A stretch of DNA of 63,802 nt, filler included, from Choristocarpus tenellus KU-1152 (taxonomy: Eukaryota; Protista; Phaeophyceae): assembly GCA_964200185.2 (NCBI GenBank). It is 10 parts of 10 records of this genome, joined end to end, with 100 filler letters (N's around TTAATTAATTAA, not from the genome) between each part and the next. Parts side by side here need not be neighbours in the genome. Positions count along the whole stretch, not along the records: positions 46,662 to 53,595 come from CAXNAD020007021.1; positions 53,696 to 57,322 come from CAXNAD020018875.1; positions 57,423 to 63,802 come from CAXNAD020008264.1; 7 more parts are not named here. One strand, 5' to 3'. Shown in pieces: positions 46,562 through 59,533 of this stretch. Within the stretch, counting starts at the first letter, position 1, and the number at the start of each line of letters is the position of its first letter. A program made the translations under genes and the position numbers. The notes below the pieces were generated by a model. It ran no database searches and was not told the origin of the DNA. It worked only from the letters and a program-made list of their open reading frames with translations.

Positions 46562-49494
46562 NNNNNNNNNNNNNNNNNNNNNNNNNNNNNNNNNNNNNNN
46601 NNNNNTTAATTAATTAANNNNNNNNNNNNNNNNNNNNNNNNNNNNNNNNNNNNNNNNNNNNACCTGCTACGGTTGTCACCGCTGTCCTGCTGCTGAAGGT
46701 CACACCATACACAGTGATTTTGCTTCAGCATATATTTGAGATGGGGGGGGTGGGTGGGATACTGATATTTGCATATTATAGGAAGGAGTGGGATGATGTC
46801 CATCAGATTTGAAATTGACAGTTCTGTAGGTGAGAATGGAGATAATAGTTGACACAAGTAAAAATAAAATAAATTTATTGAGAGTAGTTTTTTTTCTGTG
46901 TGACTTTTGGAGAGGCTTGTTGTGCTAATCTAGTTGTGCTTATGTGTAAGCCCACGTGATTGCAATGACAGAGCAGTAGTCACACACCCCATGCAACATT
47001 GTTGTAATGTACTTTTTGAATCTATTATCTATCAAGCTTATACAGTGTAATAGAGCTGGTTATTGTATGTTGAGGGCAGGCATGTTCTGTACGCGTACAT
47101 TTTCTCCTGCAATTTAACATTTTCAAGAGCTTTCTTTTCTTTTTCTTTTTCACTGTGTGCCACATGATCCACTTCGGCCTATTGAGCTCTATACTTTGTG
47201 GGTTTAAACCCTTCCTTGTGAAGCACAGTATATTGTTTGAAGTTTAGGGGAGTCATGGCTGGAGAAATCGGAAGGTCATTCTTGGGACGTTGTTGGGCAT
47301 GCGGCAAGTGTCCCTCTCACCTCACTCAACCCGTTTTGTGTTTGTGCTCTATAGGGAGCATTGCTGTAGTAACGTTGCATGAAGTGCCTCAGGTTGCTAT
47401 TTTCCTAATAGAGCCTCTTGTCATGGAGGGTCCTATCTTCAACCAGTATCATTGTGAAGGAAAAACCGTTTATCAATCAACAACTAACCCTAACCCTAAG
47501 TTATTGATTTTGCACTGGCGTGGGAAAACACCAGTTTCCCAATGACCTGTTGGCGGGTGTAGCTATCGCATCTACAAACTGTACCGATCACCGTGCGGGT
47601 TATTGAAGCACTGCTGTAGAGTGTATGATCATGGCAGTCAACAGTGTAATGGACGATTAACAGTTAGAAACAACCAGAGTATCTGGTAGGAGCAAACGAA
47701 TATACCCTACCAAAAATGACGGTACATCTGCCTGTCTCACTCTCTCTCGCACACACAACATAAGGACTTGAAGTGACTCGGTACACAAATATGTACATAT
47801 GTGTGTGTTGGTGGAAATATTAGTGCGCTACATGGTATAAATATGTTGGAATATTTGCTAAGTAGTACTATTTTTTATACTGTAGTATGCTAGTGTAGTA
47901 TGCTACGAGTCACCATCCTACATTTCAGGTTGTACTGTGCACGTATGTGTGATGGAGAGCAACCGCCCCAATATATTTTGATGAGGCAGAGTGTTGAAGT
48001 AGCTGAGTGGAATGTGTTGATGTCACACATATCTTAGGGACTATATTGCATGATGTGAAGTGCATGCAGGAAACGCAAAGTGGAAGAAGCGCTTACAGTG
48101 GGTGGACCCCTTCTAGTCATGGTTTTCCCCAGCCAAAAAAAGTTACCATCTACATGCTGCAAGTTTAGATGTGAATAGCTATCACTAGACACAAAGCGGT
48201 GGGTGCTTGTAACCACTGTCAGACACACTCACTCTTCCTCCTACCTGTAGCCCAACAGTATTTTATTTAAACAATTTTGACAATATTGAGAAGACGGTTG
48301 GCACAGAATGTGATTTGTCCTAGTGTTGTTTTGGTAGGGTCCTGCCCTGTGACGCCTCTGTCACTAACTTTGAATCCCTGTCGGCCACTTTGAAGGTCAA
48401 CGTTACTCAAACGATCCACAGAAACACATGTACGGCTAAGAACAATAACAATATAATAAAAAATGTTACACAGTCATGAACATACTCCCACCTGGCAGGG
48501 TTGACCCCTTTTACCCAGGAACAGCCCCCCCTGAGCTATTCCTTCTGGTGCAGCTGGAACAAAGTAATTGCTGGCTGGTGGAGGTTTTCTTTTTCTCCAG
48601 GCACAAATCGCCCTTACCCTCCACCCTATCCCTTTCCTCCTACAGCTGTGCCAGTGTCACTGCTTGTTAGAAGATGTGCTCCTTCCCTTTTTCACAGAAC
48701 GCAGCCCCCATGGGCTTACCCAGCCACAACATCCCCATTGCTCCCTTCTTTCTAGGGCTGCTGGGCCACAGTGGCCACTACCTAGAGGAGCTTCCCCTCT
48801 TTCTCCCCTAGCACAACAGTGTTATCCTTCACAGTGTTACTCTCTGCAGTACTCTATCCTGGTAATAGACAATCACTAGTAGTCTATTACGGTAGTACTT
48901 TTAAGGGTTATCGCTCGACAGAAATGTAGCAACAGGTTCGTCCAAGTGCCCATAGTTCTCTTGGAGGTGAAGTTCTGTTGACAACTCAGAAAGTATTTCC
49001 ACGTTGAGGCGCAGGGTTCAAACACAGAAGAAGGTGTTGTTGCGAAGGATACCTAAGAATGGAAGAAAGTCCATCTTCACCACGACTTAATCTTGGGTAC
49101 AGATGCGAACACATCAACACAAATGGAGCAGGAAGTAGGTTGCAAAAGTGGTTTCCTTGGTACGATTGCCTACAAACATACTGAGAACAACGAGTCGAAC
49201 AGAGGAGCAAACAGTGCCAGACTGCTAAAGAACACCGGTTGCTGAGAGAGTGAATTGCCAACCAAATTAAGCATCCCCGAGAAATAAAAGTCTGCCCCGT
49301 GAGCGGTGAGCGAAGACAACGTAAGTACCCGCCAACAATGCCTCATCATCGTGAAACGTGCAAGAGATTGTATGACTTCGGACAAAGAAAAACTTTAAAA
49401 AATACTTACTCTGTCACAACTCACAACACACACATCCAATACGCACCATAAAAAAAAAGTATACCACCACAAATCTGTAACAATATATACGCCG

Positions 49495-50000
49495 ATGGTT
49501 AAGTGTCTATGTAAACTCTGCAAGGGAATGGGCACCCCTTGCACTATGGAGGATGGTAGCCAATCCACAGTGGCTAGGAATTTCTGGATGGATGTGGTCT
49601 TTCACGATAGGGTATTTGCGGACGCCGGATCATCTCCCTACCAGGAGGAAGGCCTCCTCCTGGATGTTGCGTTTGCCGAAGTGCAAGTTGCCTCCCATCT
49701 ACCCTACTCATCTACCAGTAATGGTATAGTTGCTGCTGCAACTGAGGCGCAAAAGCGCACCCCCTACAAGGGTTCTTTTGACCCTCATGGTTTTAACATC
49801 AACACCTTTGTGGTGGAAAGTTTTGGGCGCCTCGGTAAACAAGCAGAAAGTTTTCTGGGTGAGTTGGCTACAAACGCACTAGGGGGACGAGGGACGGGAG
49901 ATTATAGCAAGAAAGGGGCTGGCAAGTCCTGCTTACAACATATTGTGTTTGTCACTACACAATTGGTTCTCTCAAGACGTCATGAATTACAAGCTAGAGA
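49495..50000 (+). mobile_element. 3' remnant of a CRE-type non-LTR retrotransposon (restriction-like endonuclease domain)
   Basis: MDVV...LLLDV...EAQKRTPY...TFVVESFGRLGKQAESFL resembles the PD..D / K..KY / E(T/S)xGxxG pattern of CRE RLE domains. No RT in the window. Confidence 0.7.
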
Positions 50001-51959
50001 CACCAGGGAGATGGGCAAGGCGGGGCCTGCCAGATTCTTGGGATGCTCCCTAGCTCCTCGCCCAGGTTGTATAGGGTCAAGGTAGGTTGGAGGCATAGCA
50101 GCAATGTACACATATGATTGTATTTTCCAACCTTTGAGGGGAGCGTTTGTATTATACCTGGTGTTCAAAGACAAATTATTTTCTTGAGATATATCTTTTC
50201 ACATTATTTACGACAACCGTCGTTCGTTACGTTTGGGGAGTCCTTCTGATGTTGGTTTCGTTTTTTCCCTGGAACATCTATCTGTAAAATGTCAGAGGGC
50301 ATACAAAATTTCACAAGCCAGTGTGGAAAGCAGGGTTTTCTGTTAGCATACCTTTCTTGGCGTATGACATATACCGTCATACCGATTGAGTTATTTTATG
50401 AGAACTCCGGTTCAATTGTGTGGAGGATCTTTGAAGCGATAGATTTCCATGTTTTCCCGTAACGTCCCTTTATGAGTAATTTCTTCCCAAGGAGGATGAT
50501 CTTCCATCTCTAAAGGTTTTCTTTTGTAAAACCAATCCAAACCGTGATCCTCCCCACTTCCTCAGTTCCCCATTTTTTCCTGCAAGTCCTTGGAGTCTTC
50601 CACTTGTTCAACCTTATCCTTGTCCTCTCGGTTACGGTTCGTCTTCGTCCGTCTGGTCCGTCTTGCCCAGTGATTCTCTCCACCACCCTTGTTGGAGTGA
50701 ACCATACAGACACAAAATCGCACAATTCATATTGGCGACGCTGGTGAGATTCGACCTCATGCGTGCGAAGCACACAAACTTAACATGGTTAGAGTTGATA
50801 AATAATAAATATATTATATATTATTATTAGGACCTTAAATTCCCAAACAATGTGATAAGAAAAAAAGAAGAAACGTAAAAACAAATTAAGGAAAGAAGGC
50901 TACAATAACAAAAAATACAAATCGTCAACTACTACCACAACCAATTCTACCACTACTAGTGTTGTTCTGTACAATAGTAGAATCATTTTGAGGATAGGAA
51001 GAGTTTAAGTTAATATACGAAACGCAAAAACAGGACGAGGGGAATCTATCATCTTAAATACCAACCACAGTTGCATTTTTAGATAAAAACAAAAGTGTAA
51101 CTGGTTGTCCCACATTGCATCGATGGATCATATCAAATAAAATACAGAATTAGTTAGGTCATCATCTGGAAGCAGATAACAAAATCAGACACGAACAATG
51201 GAAAACCATTACAGAGAGTACGACGGATGAGTTCAACGTTGAAGTTGAGAGGTGAGTGTTTCGGTTTTGAATCAAAGAAGGATGTGAAGTTGTAGAACAA
51301 ACATCAGCAGTATAGTATAGTACTTAGTACATAGATAATTGAACGTACCTCCATTATTTTAGTATTTCCATGTGAAATAAATTATCCGATTTTTATGTGG
51401 TTAGATGTTTAGGACATCAGGTTGAAGTTGTGGATAGAAAATGTGATTGGGTGAAGGCGTGTATGTTATTATTATTTTCCCAGGTTGACATGTTCCAGGG
51501 AATAATTGTAGAAGGACAGAACAGAGAGAGGAGCAGAGAAGAGGAAATATGCTGCAAGGAATTCAACAAACATGACTGTAGGAAAGGGCTAATAATGTAG
51601 CAGATACGCCAACTTTATTGAACGTAAACAATGAACCAAGAAACAACAAATAAAAGCAGTAGTACTGCAAAGAATGACTTTGTTGGAGGCGTATTGCACC
51701 ATAGAGATAGTTTCAGTAGTATAGTTTATGTAAAACAACAGGAAATCGACAAGGAAAGCAACTCCTACACTACTAATTATGCGAAGAAGGTGGACGAAAA
51801 CAAAACGGAAGATCCTCTGAATGGCGTTTTTTTGTGGAAAAGAGTGTTCCCCGCATAAATATTGCGGAATGGAACCCCTTTGATGCCGGATTTCTTTTCA
51901 GGAAAATGTGGTTTCAATGATCCGAAGTCCACATGGCAAGGAGTACGGATTGCACACCT

Positions 51960-52345
51960 TTACCAACCTATTTGTCACTATACCACAAAGGTGCGGAAGT
52001 ACCGATTACACATTGTCCTGTAAAGAAATATGCCCTTCCTTCTTGGGAGGACTGTGTATGAGAGTATCAAGGTGACTCACGAAAACGGATACTCCTGTTT
52101 GAAGGATCAGTTGCACGCGTGGGGAATGAGCCACTTTGGGGATCTTGTGGATGGAAAACGGAAGCAACGTGGACAGTACAAGAACTGGTGGAAGTGCCTG
52201 CAAGACAACCTTGGAAGTTTGGGGTTATTGTGGTTGAAGTACGGGGCACAAGGCCAATAAAAAAAGACGGGAGAGAGAAGTATGCAGTTGATGGCACAAT
52301 TGGCTTCATGGAAGAGTGGCATTCCAAGGAAGGAGGAAGCTGTGG
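51960..52345 (+). mobile_element. RTE-type LINE 3' end remnant
   Basis: FGDLVDGKRKQRGQYKNWWKCLQDNLGSLGL, then GFMEEWH, matches the post-RT tail of RTE ORFs (FGEL..GKR..GG..K.W..CL..DL...GI). Confidence 0.7.
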
Positions 52346-54192
52346 TAATTGATCTACGTCATTCGAAAGCAGTAGGAAAGACGCCCAAAGTAGATCATGG
52401 CAAATTCACCGCACACGCATCGCCACCACCATCACTATCTATTGAATGTTCGTTTCTCCTCGACTTTCTCTTTTTGGGGTTGACTTTCCCCCCCCCCCTT
52501 TTCCCGTCTTCTTTCACAGTTTTTTTCTGTTTTCTTTTATGGCATCTATTTGTATGTCTCGACCAGTAAGAGTTGTGTGTATGTTATTTTACCCACAGAT
52601 ATTTTTGAGATAGTTAGATGTTGTCATGTAGGGATGACAACTTAAAAAATAAGGTTGGAGAGAAAGAACACAAACAACATACATGACAACAACAGAGTCT
52701 GTGTTGCTCACAGGCAAATCCTTTCGACACACCGACTAGATTTGCGTCTATTTGAAAACATCAAACTTAGTATGACAACTGTGGTTGACATTGCTCCCCA
52801 ACAGGTGCCATGAAGGCGATCTAGAAACAAAGGAAAAGTCCCAAACATCAGTCAAATCCGGTCTAGTTCACCAACCCAATGTCTCCACCTTATTCTCCAT
52901 TACTCGCCTACAGATTCCTGTTCGTTGAGACAATCTGTAGCAGGTGTGCTTTCGAAAATTGTTTGTGTGTATTGTTTTCTTCTGAATACCTTTCGACCAC
53001 ATGTTCAGACAATAATGTGAAGAAAAGTAAACACAATAGAGATGTGGTGGTGTGGGGCATTGAGGGGGGGTTCAGCACATGATTCGAGGGAGGAATCGGA
53101 ACAATGAGTGGTGGAATGGCTGAACTCAAGGCGGCAGAAAAACGAGGCAACACTGCCGCAATCTTCATCATCATCATAATTATTATCATCCAGATCACCA
53201 TCAGTTATTTGAGCATTATGCTTACAATAAATATGTTTTTTTTTGTTCTCATTATCGCCATTAATGATTACTACGATTAGGATTATTATTATTACAATGA
53301 ATGCGAGTATGAGTAATTATAACAAAGAAGGCAAAAGTAATATAATTATCAAATAATACTACTTTTTCCTTTGTTATATCAATATCAATAATCCCCACAT
53401 TAGTCTGAAGGCTCACGCATACTACCACTTTTTGGTCAAAGGATATTCAAAACCCAACACACTCTGCCTGAGATACAATACAACAGACACTACACAAAGA
53501 ATTGCACAAAACGAAAATGAATACAGGTAAAGATAGTCAAAAACAAAGAAAAGAGAGAGAGAGACCCAAAGTATCTGGGGGGGGGGGGGGGGGGGNNNNN
53601 NNNNNNNNNNNNNNNNNNNNNNNNNNNNNNNNNNNNNNNTTAATTAATTAANNNNNNNNNNNNNNNNNNNNNNNNNNNNNNNNNNNNNNNNNNNNCCCCC
53701 TTCCTACCCTTTACCAAACCTTCCTATGGTGTTTGACCAGATAAGGATTACAAAGTAACCCTTACCCTATAACCCTAAGGATGTGTAGACATAGGATTAC
53801 AAAGTAAATGTGGGGGGGGACTGCCGGTTTCTCTACAGGAATCTCCAATTCTTGTAGAATGAGTACTGGGGGAGGGGGGGAGTAAGGGACTGGTGAGTTG
53901 GTCTGACGATACGAGGTATGTCACTGACAGTACGAGGTATACTGTGAGTTTTTTTTTTCTTGCAGTCATACTACTGTACTCCAGACCAAACCACAGCACT
54001 ATTTTGCCTTTTTTTTATTTTATGACTAACAGCATTCGGTATGCACTATTATATCATCTTCTGTTTATATTACACTTTGAAGCAGTATGTGGGATGTAGT
54101 GTAACATGTTGCTATGTATCATGTATGTATGCATATATAACATCCTGGGCCTGTACAGTAGGGCTGATTTCTGCCCCTTCACCCCTTGGAAA

Positions 54193-54452
54193 GAGTGAAA
54201 GTATCTTAGAGGGTACGAGTTTTTCCCTGTTTGTCCATTTGGGACTTGGCTTCCCATGTTTTTTTTTTAGTGAAATTTTCCTACTCCAACATGTTCAGAG
54301 TAGGTAAGATGTATATCTTATGAAAAGGTGTGTTTGCAAGAAGGATATTGACACTTCCTAACAAACACAATAGCCAAAATTACATCAATATCGCAACATT
54401 GGATACAAACCCCCAAATGGACACGGACCTACCCTCTAAGATACTTTGACTC
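54193..54452 (+). mobile_element. MITE, full length, TSD AAA
   Basis: Both TIRs are present and flanked by AAA/AAA. Confidence 0.93.
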
Positions 54453-54998
54453 AAAGCCTGTTGCATATTTTCTCAGAGGTTGGAATATTCAGATTCTGTC
54501 CTCATCCTTTTGCTTCTAGTGTATATCATCTTTCTTTGACTTATTTAGGAGTCGATGCACTATTTTTTTTAATAGTTCTGAATACATATAGAATCATAAT
54601 TGCAGTTTATTTGTTTTATTACAGAAAATATATTTTTTGTTTGGTAAATAATTCCTCAACGGAGAACTTGTGTGGTACTGTTTTTGTTGTTATTATTATT
54701 ATTTTATTATTAGTGCTGGAAAAATATTTTTTAGTAGTAGTTCTGTTAGGAAGTAGGAAGTACTCACTGTACTCCAAAAATAAAAAAATGAAGCGAGTTT
54801 TGAGTGCTTTTCACATCACATCGATTAGATATTTTACCCTTTTTTGTGTCCACTCTAATTATACATTTTTTTTGCAAATGTATTCACAGAATATATATTT
54901 ATATACTCGTATTTATATTTTATTTGTATTTCAAATGAAGGAAGTTCCCAAATAAGAATATTTGATAAAATTGATGATGTGTTCTGACCTGCTGTCTT

Positions 54999-55002
<4 letters not shown>

Positions 55003-55057
<55 letters not shown>
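55003..55057. repeat. (TC)n(TG)n microsatellite at a splice acceptor
   Basis: Directly visible immediately upstream of the exon starting near 55063. Confidence 0.9.
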
Positions 55058-55062
55058 TCAAG

Positions 55063-57117
55063 TGAAGTACATATCACACGACATGCCCATTGCTCCTGCC
55101 TCAACACTAGGTGATGGGGTGATAAACCTTCTCGTTGTACAGAAAGGGGTCAGCAAGTGGAACATGATAAAGGCAAGGAGAAGGACACAGAAAAAGAGAC
55201 AAAAACACTGAAAGAAAAAATGCATGCTCTTCACAAGACGCTCTCTTTTTTTTTTTTAAGGTGGTGGTGTAAACAAAGCTCCCCCATCCCATATAAATAG
55301 AATAAAATAATTACTGAAAATATGAATAATAATACTATTAATTCAGAAAAACAGGATGAAGCAGACCGATGAGCTGTGAGATGTGACTCGACCCAATCCA
55401 TGAGAAAAGAAAAGAAAAACATCTCCAATAGGACACAGGGCATTCAATTAATATTTTAACGTTATAGATAATAATGCAACCGTGCACTTAGTTATTGGTT
55501 AAAATGACAATTATTGCAATGCAGAGTGCCTCTGGCCACAGGTCGGGGCCTGGGTAGGATTGAGCTAGATTTCTAGTTCCAGACTAGAGTGTAATAGCAC
55601 ATATAGTAGTAGTATGAATATTCCACCTAGGACGATTTTTTTTAATGTTACAATCGGAAGTGCAGTCCCAATGAATGCTCGATCTGTCCTAGGGGTGCGG
55701 ACTAAATAAATAAATTTGTCAGTGTCAATGGAATGCTACGACCAACCTACTGTGAAAGAAATTGATTTCGGTATGAACAATTTAATGTATATACCGTCGT
55801 TGGTATATAGACGTGTAAATTGGCAGTATAATTCGTAACGTCATGTTGATTCGATTTGCTGATCGGCACATATTTTGTTGGTGGGAATTTTCGATTTTTG
55901 TTCTCAGGATCGGCAAGCCACCAAAATGTTTGGTAATGTTTACTTTCCTGGTGTGAGTCTAGTCCTGGTAAGGTCAAAGCAATACCGTGAAGATAGATCA
56001 ATGTCTCAAGGCTTGAATTGGGGGAGCGCTTAAAGAGTATTTCAGGCATGCATCGTTGGAAGATCCATCCATGACAGTACGCATGCCACCAACTCAGAAT
56101 ATACTTCTCATGTCTTCCCACCCACCCGGTGAAAATAGAAATAAAACGAGTTGTCTGTTGTTGGTGTTTTCTGATTGATTGGTACTAACTAGTTAACTAG
56201 TTAGTCAGGCGGATGGATGTCAAGACAAGGTGGAACTGTTCAATTAACTATAACTATCTCTTTTGTAGACAAGTAGAGGCTTCAAGAGATGGTGGTACAC
56301 AGGGAGGAGTTCCCATTTGTGTGTATTTTTAATTTTATTTTGAGAAAAAGAAATCAGCACAAGAACATAGAGACTCGTATCAGGGTTAGTTAAGAACATG
56401 CTTTTTATTCATGTGTAAAATATGATTCTGTGGAAAAAACATCGAGTTGTTGAACTATTGCGGGATAATTGATAGTAATGTCTTTGTCAGGTGACAACGA
56501 AAATATTGTCCTGGTTATTATAGTACAAGAAGAATCCTAGAAAAGGAATGTTGTAGCAAGTAACATAGCAACTAATCATGGACTGAGTGATGTGTTACTA
56601 GAATATGAATCGTAAGGTGATGACCCCCTTTGAGCTTTGAAGTTTACTCTCCTTCCTTACACCTTCCTTACTTCATGTACAACCTGTTTTGGACAATAAG
56701 GAATTAATCGAGTCATTTACATACACAAGTCTTGGGAACACCAGTTTCTTTTAACAGGGTTAACTGCAATTTGTCACAGATGAGGGGGTAGGAACCTAGA
56801 GAGGACTAGTGCTGATGTTGTTAGACCAAAAGGGTTTTTTCCCCGAAGATGTGCATGCTATTGGATTTCTAGAAATCCTTCATATTATCGCTTGGTGGCT
56901 TCCATACATGTGCTCACAGGGTTTCATTGCCATGGAGAAAGGAGAGCATCTTCAATACAAAGATATGATGGAGTTGCACCATGTTCAAGCGTTTCGTCTG
57001 GAGGCTGGTGGTGATGACAAGGGGAGGATTAGCCTCGATGGAGAGGAAATTATAGATCATGGTGGCCTAGTGCAACAGCATGTTTGGGGCTGTGTAGCAA
57101 GGGCGATGTGCATCTAG
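55063..57117 (+). CDS. Sphingosine kinase / DAG-kinase-family protein, last two exons (~55063-55172 and 56920-57117)
   Basis: YISHDMPIAPASTLGDGVINLLVVQKGVSKWNMIK|GFIAMEKGEH...VQAFRLE...GRISLDGE matches the sphingosine kinase C-terminus (FLAMEKG, AFRLEP, DGE). Stop TAG at 57115-57117. Confidence 0.85.
56388..56756 (+). mobile_element. Solo LTR related to the copia LTR at 527-882, 5-bp TSD GGGTT
   Basis: Colinear with the reverse complement of 527-882 (e.g. GGGATAATTGAT.GTAATGTCTTTGTCAGGTGACAACGA) and ends TTAACA. GGGTT at 56383-56387 and 56757-56761. Confidence 0.85.
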
Positions 57118-57132
57118 CAAGCGCCAAACTAG

Positions 57133-57322
57133 GAGCCAAAGTATCTTAGAGGGTAGAGCCGCGTCCATTTCGGGGTCAAATTCGAATGTTCCGATTTTGA
57201 TGTAATTTTGATATCATGTTTTTGAGGAAGTGTAAATATCCTTGTTCCGGACACACCTTTTCATCACGTGCAAATTTTACCTACTCCGAAACATATCGGA
57301 GTAGGAAAAAGTCATAAAACAC
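57133..57322 (-). mobile_element. MITE, reverse orientation, truncated by contig end
   Basis: GAGCCAAAGTATCTTAGAGGGTAG..., starting 15 bp after the kinase stop codon. Confidence 0.9.
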
Positions 57323-57553
57323 NNNNNNNNNNNNNNNNNNNNNNNNNNNNNNNNNNNNNNNNNNNNTTAATTAATTAANNNNNNNNNNNNNNNNNNNNNN
57401 NNNNNNNNNNNNNNNNNNNNNNTTCTGATATTATGGGGACTTGCATGCCCCACCTAAATTTAAGCAATCACTTTACAGACACCAAACAATCTCGCCGGGT
57501 TTATCACCTTTACCCTCTTTGATGATTTTGGGGATACTTTAACACAACCTTGA

Positions 57554-57807
57554 GAGTGAAAGTATCTTAGAGGGTACAAGTTTTGCCCTGTTTGGGGCTT
57601 GACTTCCCATCCATGGGTCTTTTATGGCATTTTCCTACTCCGACATGTTTCGGATTAGGTAAAATGTGTACCTTATGAAAAGGTGTCTTCGGAACAAGGA
57701 TATTGACATTTCCTAACAAACTCAATAGCCAAAATTACGTCAAAATCGCAACATTGGATCTTGGCCCCCAAACGGACGCAACTCTATCCTCTAAGACACT
57801 TTGAATC
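57554..57807 (+). mobile_element. MITE, full length
   Basis: Left TIR exact; right TIR degenerate (TATCCTCTAAGACACTTTGAATC). TTGA lies on both sides, so TSD length is ambiguous here. Confidence 0.88.
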
Positions 57808-59533
57808 TTGAATCCTAGGGTGTATTTTGAATTAATGTTGGTGTGCTAGTCATAATTCGAAATGATTGGTTGGGATTACGCAGACAGGTTTATAGAGTAA
57901 TCAACGATTAATTGATTGAATGAGTTGAGATTGATAAGTGAAATAGGCAACAGATTGATGAGGTGTACTTTCAAATATGTGAATCTGGTAGCCCTCCTTG
58001 TGTGTGTTGTTGAAGTAGTCTCGCTGATGAACTTGACAACCTTCCATGATAGTTGTGAGGAAATATATTGATTGATATGTTGTAAGCGATACGAAAAGTG
58101 TGTATATAAATGATATATGGTACAAGTGTTACTGACAGAGTAGGAACCAACATGAATACAATTTATTTATGTTTTCCTCTCTTTTAGTCTTGGATAACTT
58201 CTCCACTGCCTCCACACTACCTAGCTCTTTGACTCATTGTCAGATAGCAGTACACACCGCACTATTTCTTCTACCCTAAGAACTACCTGTTGCGGTAAGA
58301 ACTACCTCCAGCACCACAACTAATTCCCCAGTGAATACCTTGATTTTTTCTCCCACGACGTTGGTGTGTTGAGCCGTCCCACCCGTCCTCGCTCCGTCCC
58401 CTCAATCCAATCTGCTGCGTTGTCCATCCAAATTAAAATCTTTGCCACGGTCATCCAGATATTTCCACAGGCCCCTTCTTGTAATTTGGTGGAGGATAGT
58501 AACATACAACGTTGCCAATGTACTTGATACGTCGTCCATTCATGTCAAAGTAGCTTTCGAGAAAAAATCTGACCTCGTTAGGTGGGATTCGACCCCTCCA
58601 CCTCGTTACAAGTTGCACGTCCACTTCAACTAATGGACAACCGCAATATGGTTTGCCTTTAAGAAATGAGGATTCAACCAAAGTCGGGAATTATTTCGAC
58701 GTCATATATCTTTTATTGAAAAAAAAGAAGGAAACGTTGGTGAAGTGGAGGTTATGTCGTATATGATGACTACCACATATATATATATATTCTTATGTAG
58801 TCTTTCAACTACATTCTATAAATATGAAAAATATATTCAAAGATACTGCTTGTGGGGTTTAGGGCAATTTTTAGGTATTCTATCTTCCATTTTGAGATAG
58901 AATACAAGCTGTGTCCCCTGAATCACACAAATTTTGTATAATGACGTGGTGTGTATCCTTTCGGTCAGTTGAATAATTTATGATTACGTGGTCTTCCAAG
59001 AGACTGAATACATCTTCTACCCATCTGTTAAAAACTTCGTGGCGTGACCTTAAAAGAACATCACACATCAACACAACATTGTCATTGTAGTGAGTGTAGT
59101 CCAACTCTAACGATTGAAACAATGTTGACTTGAGAGAACTGCAGTGCGACCACTCTTTTCTAGTAGTTCTCAACCTGGCATTTTTACCACCATCAAGCCC
59201 AACCCCCGCCCTCGCCTCCACGTGATCAAGAAGGGACAGTAGTTAGGTGAGGGCGGGAGGTATAGAAATTGGAGCAACACCTGGTTTGGTCAACAAAGTG
59301 GCGGAGGACGACAAACGTGGTTGTTGCTGTGCTCAATGTTTTATTTGTAGAAGAGGCAGGGGAAAAACGCTGTCTAGGTGGGTGTGAGAGAAAATGACAT
59401 CTCGAGACACCCCTCTTTGGAGTTTAGACGTGGAGCAGGAGAACATTTTTTGCTTACATACTTCCGTCTTCCTCCTATACTAACCCCCACAAACAAAATC
59501 AAGGTGCCCACGTGGTGAGAGACTGGCCTGAGT

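Noticed and set aside
48900-49400. Minus-strand coding-like stretch
   Set aside because: Stops in all frames over the full length and no recognisable family.
50390-50800. Second copia gag fragment with a PBS-like TGGTTAGAG
   Set aside because: The gag resemblance is weak and on the opposite strand to the PBS-like motif. No paired LTR was found.
54446-54955. 169-aa hydrophobic ORF as a membrane protein
   Set aside because: It starts inside a MITE terminus at a non-ATG codon and reflects T-rich non-coding composition.
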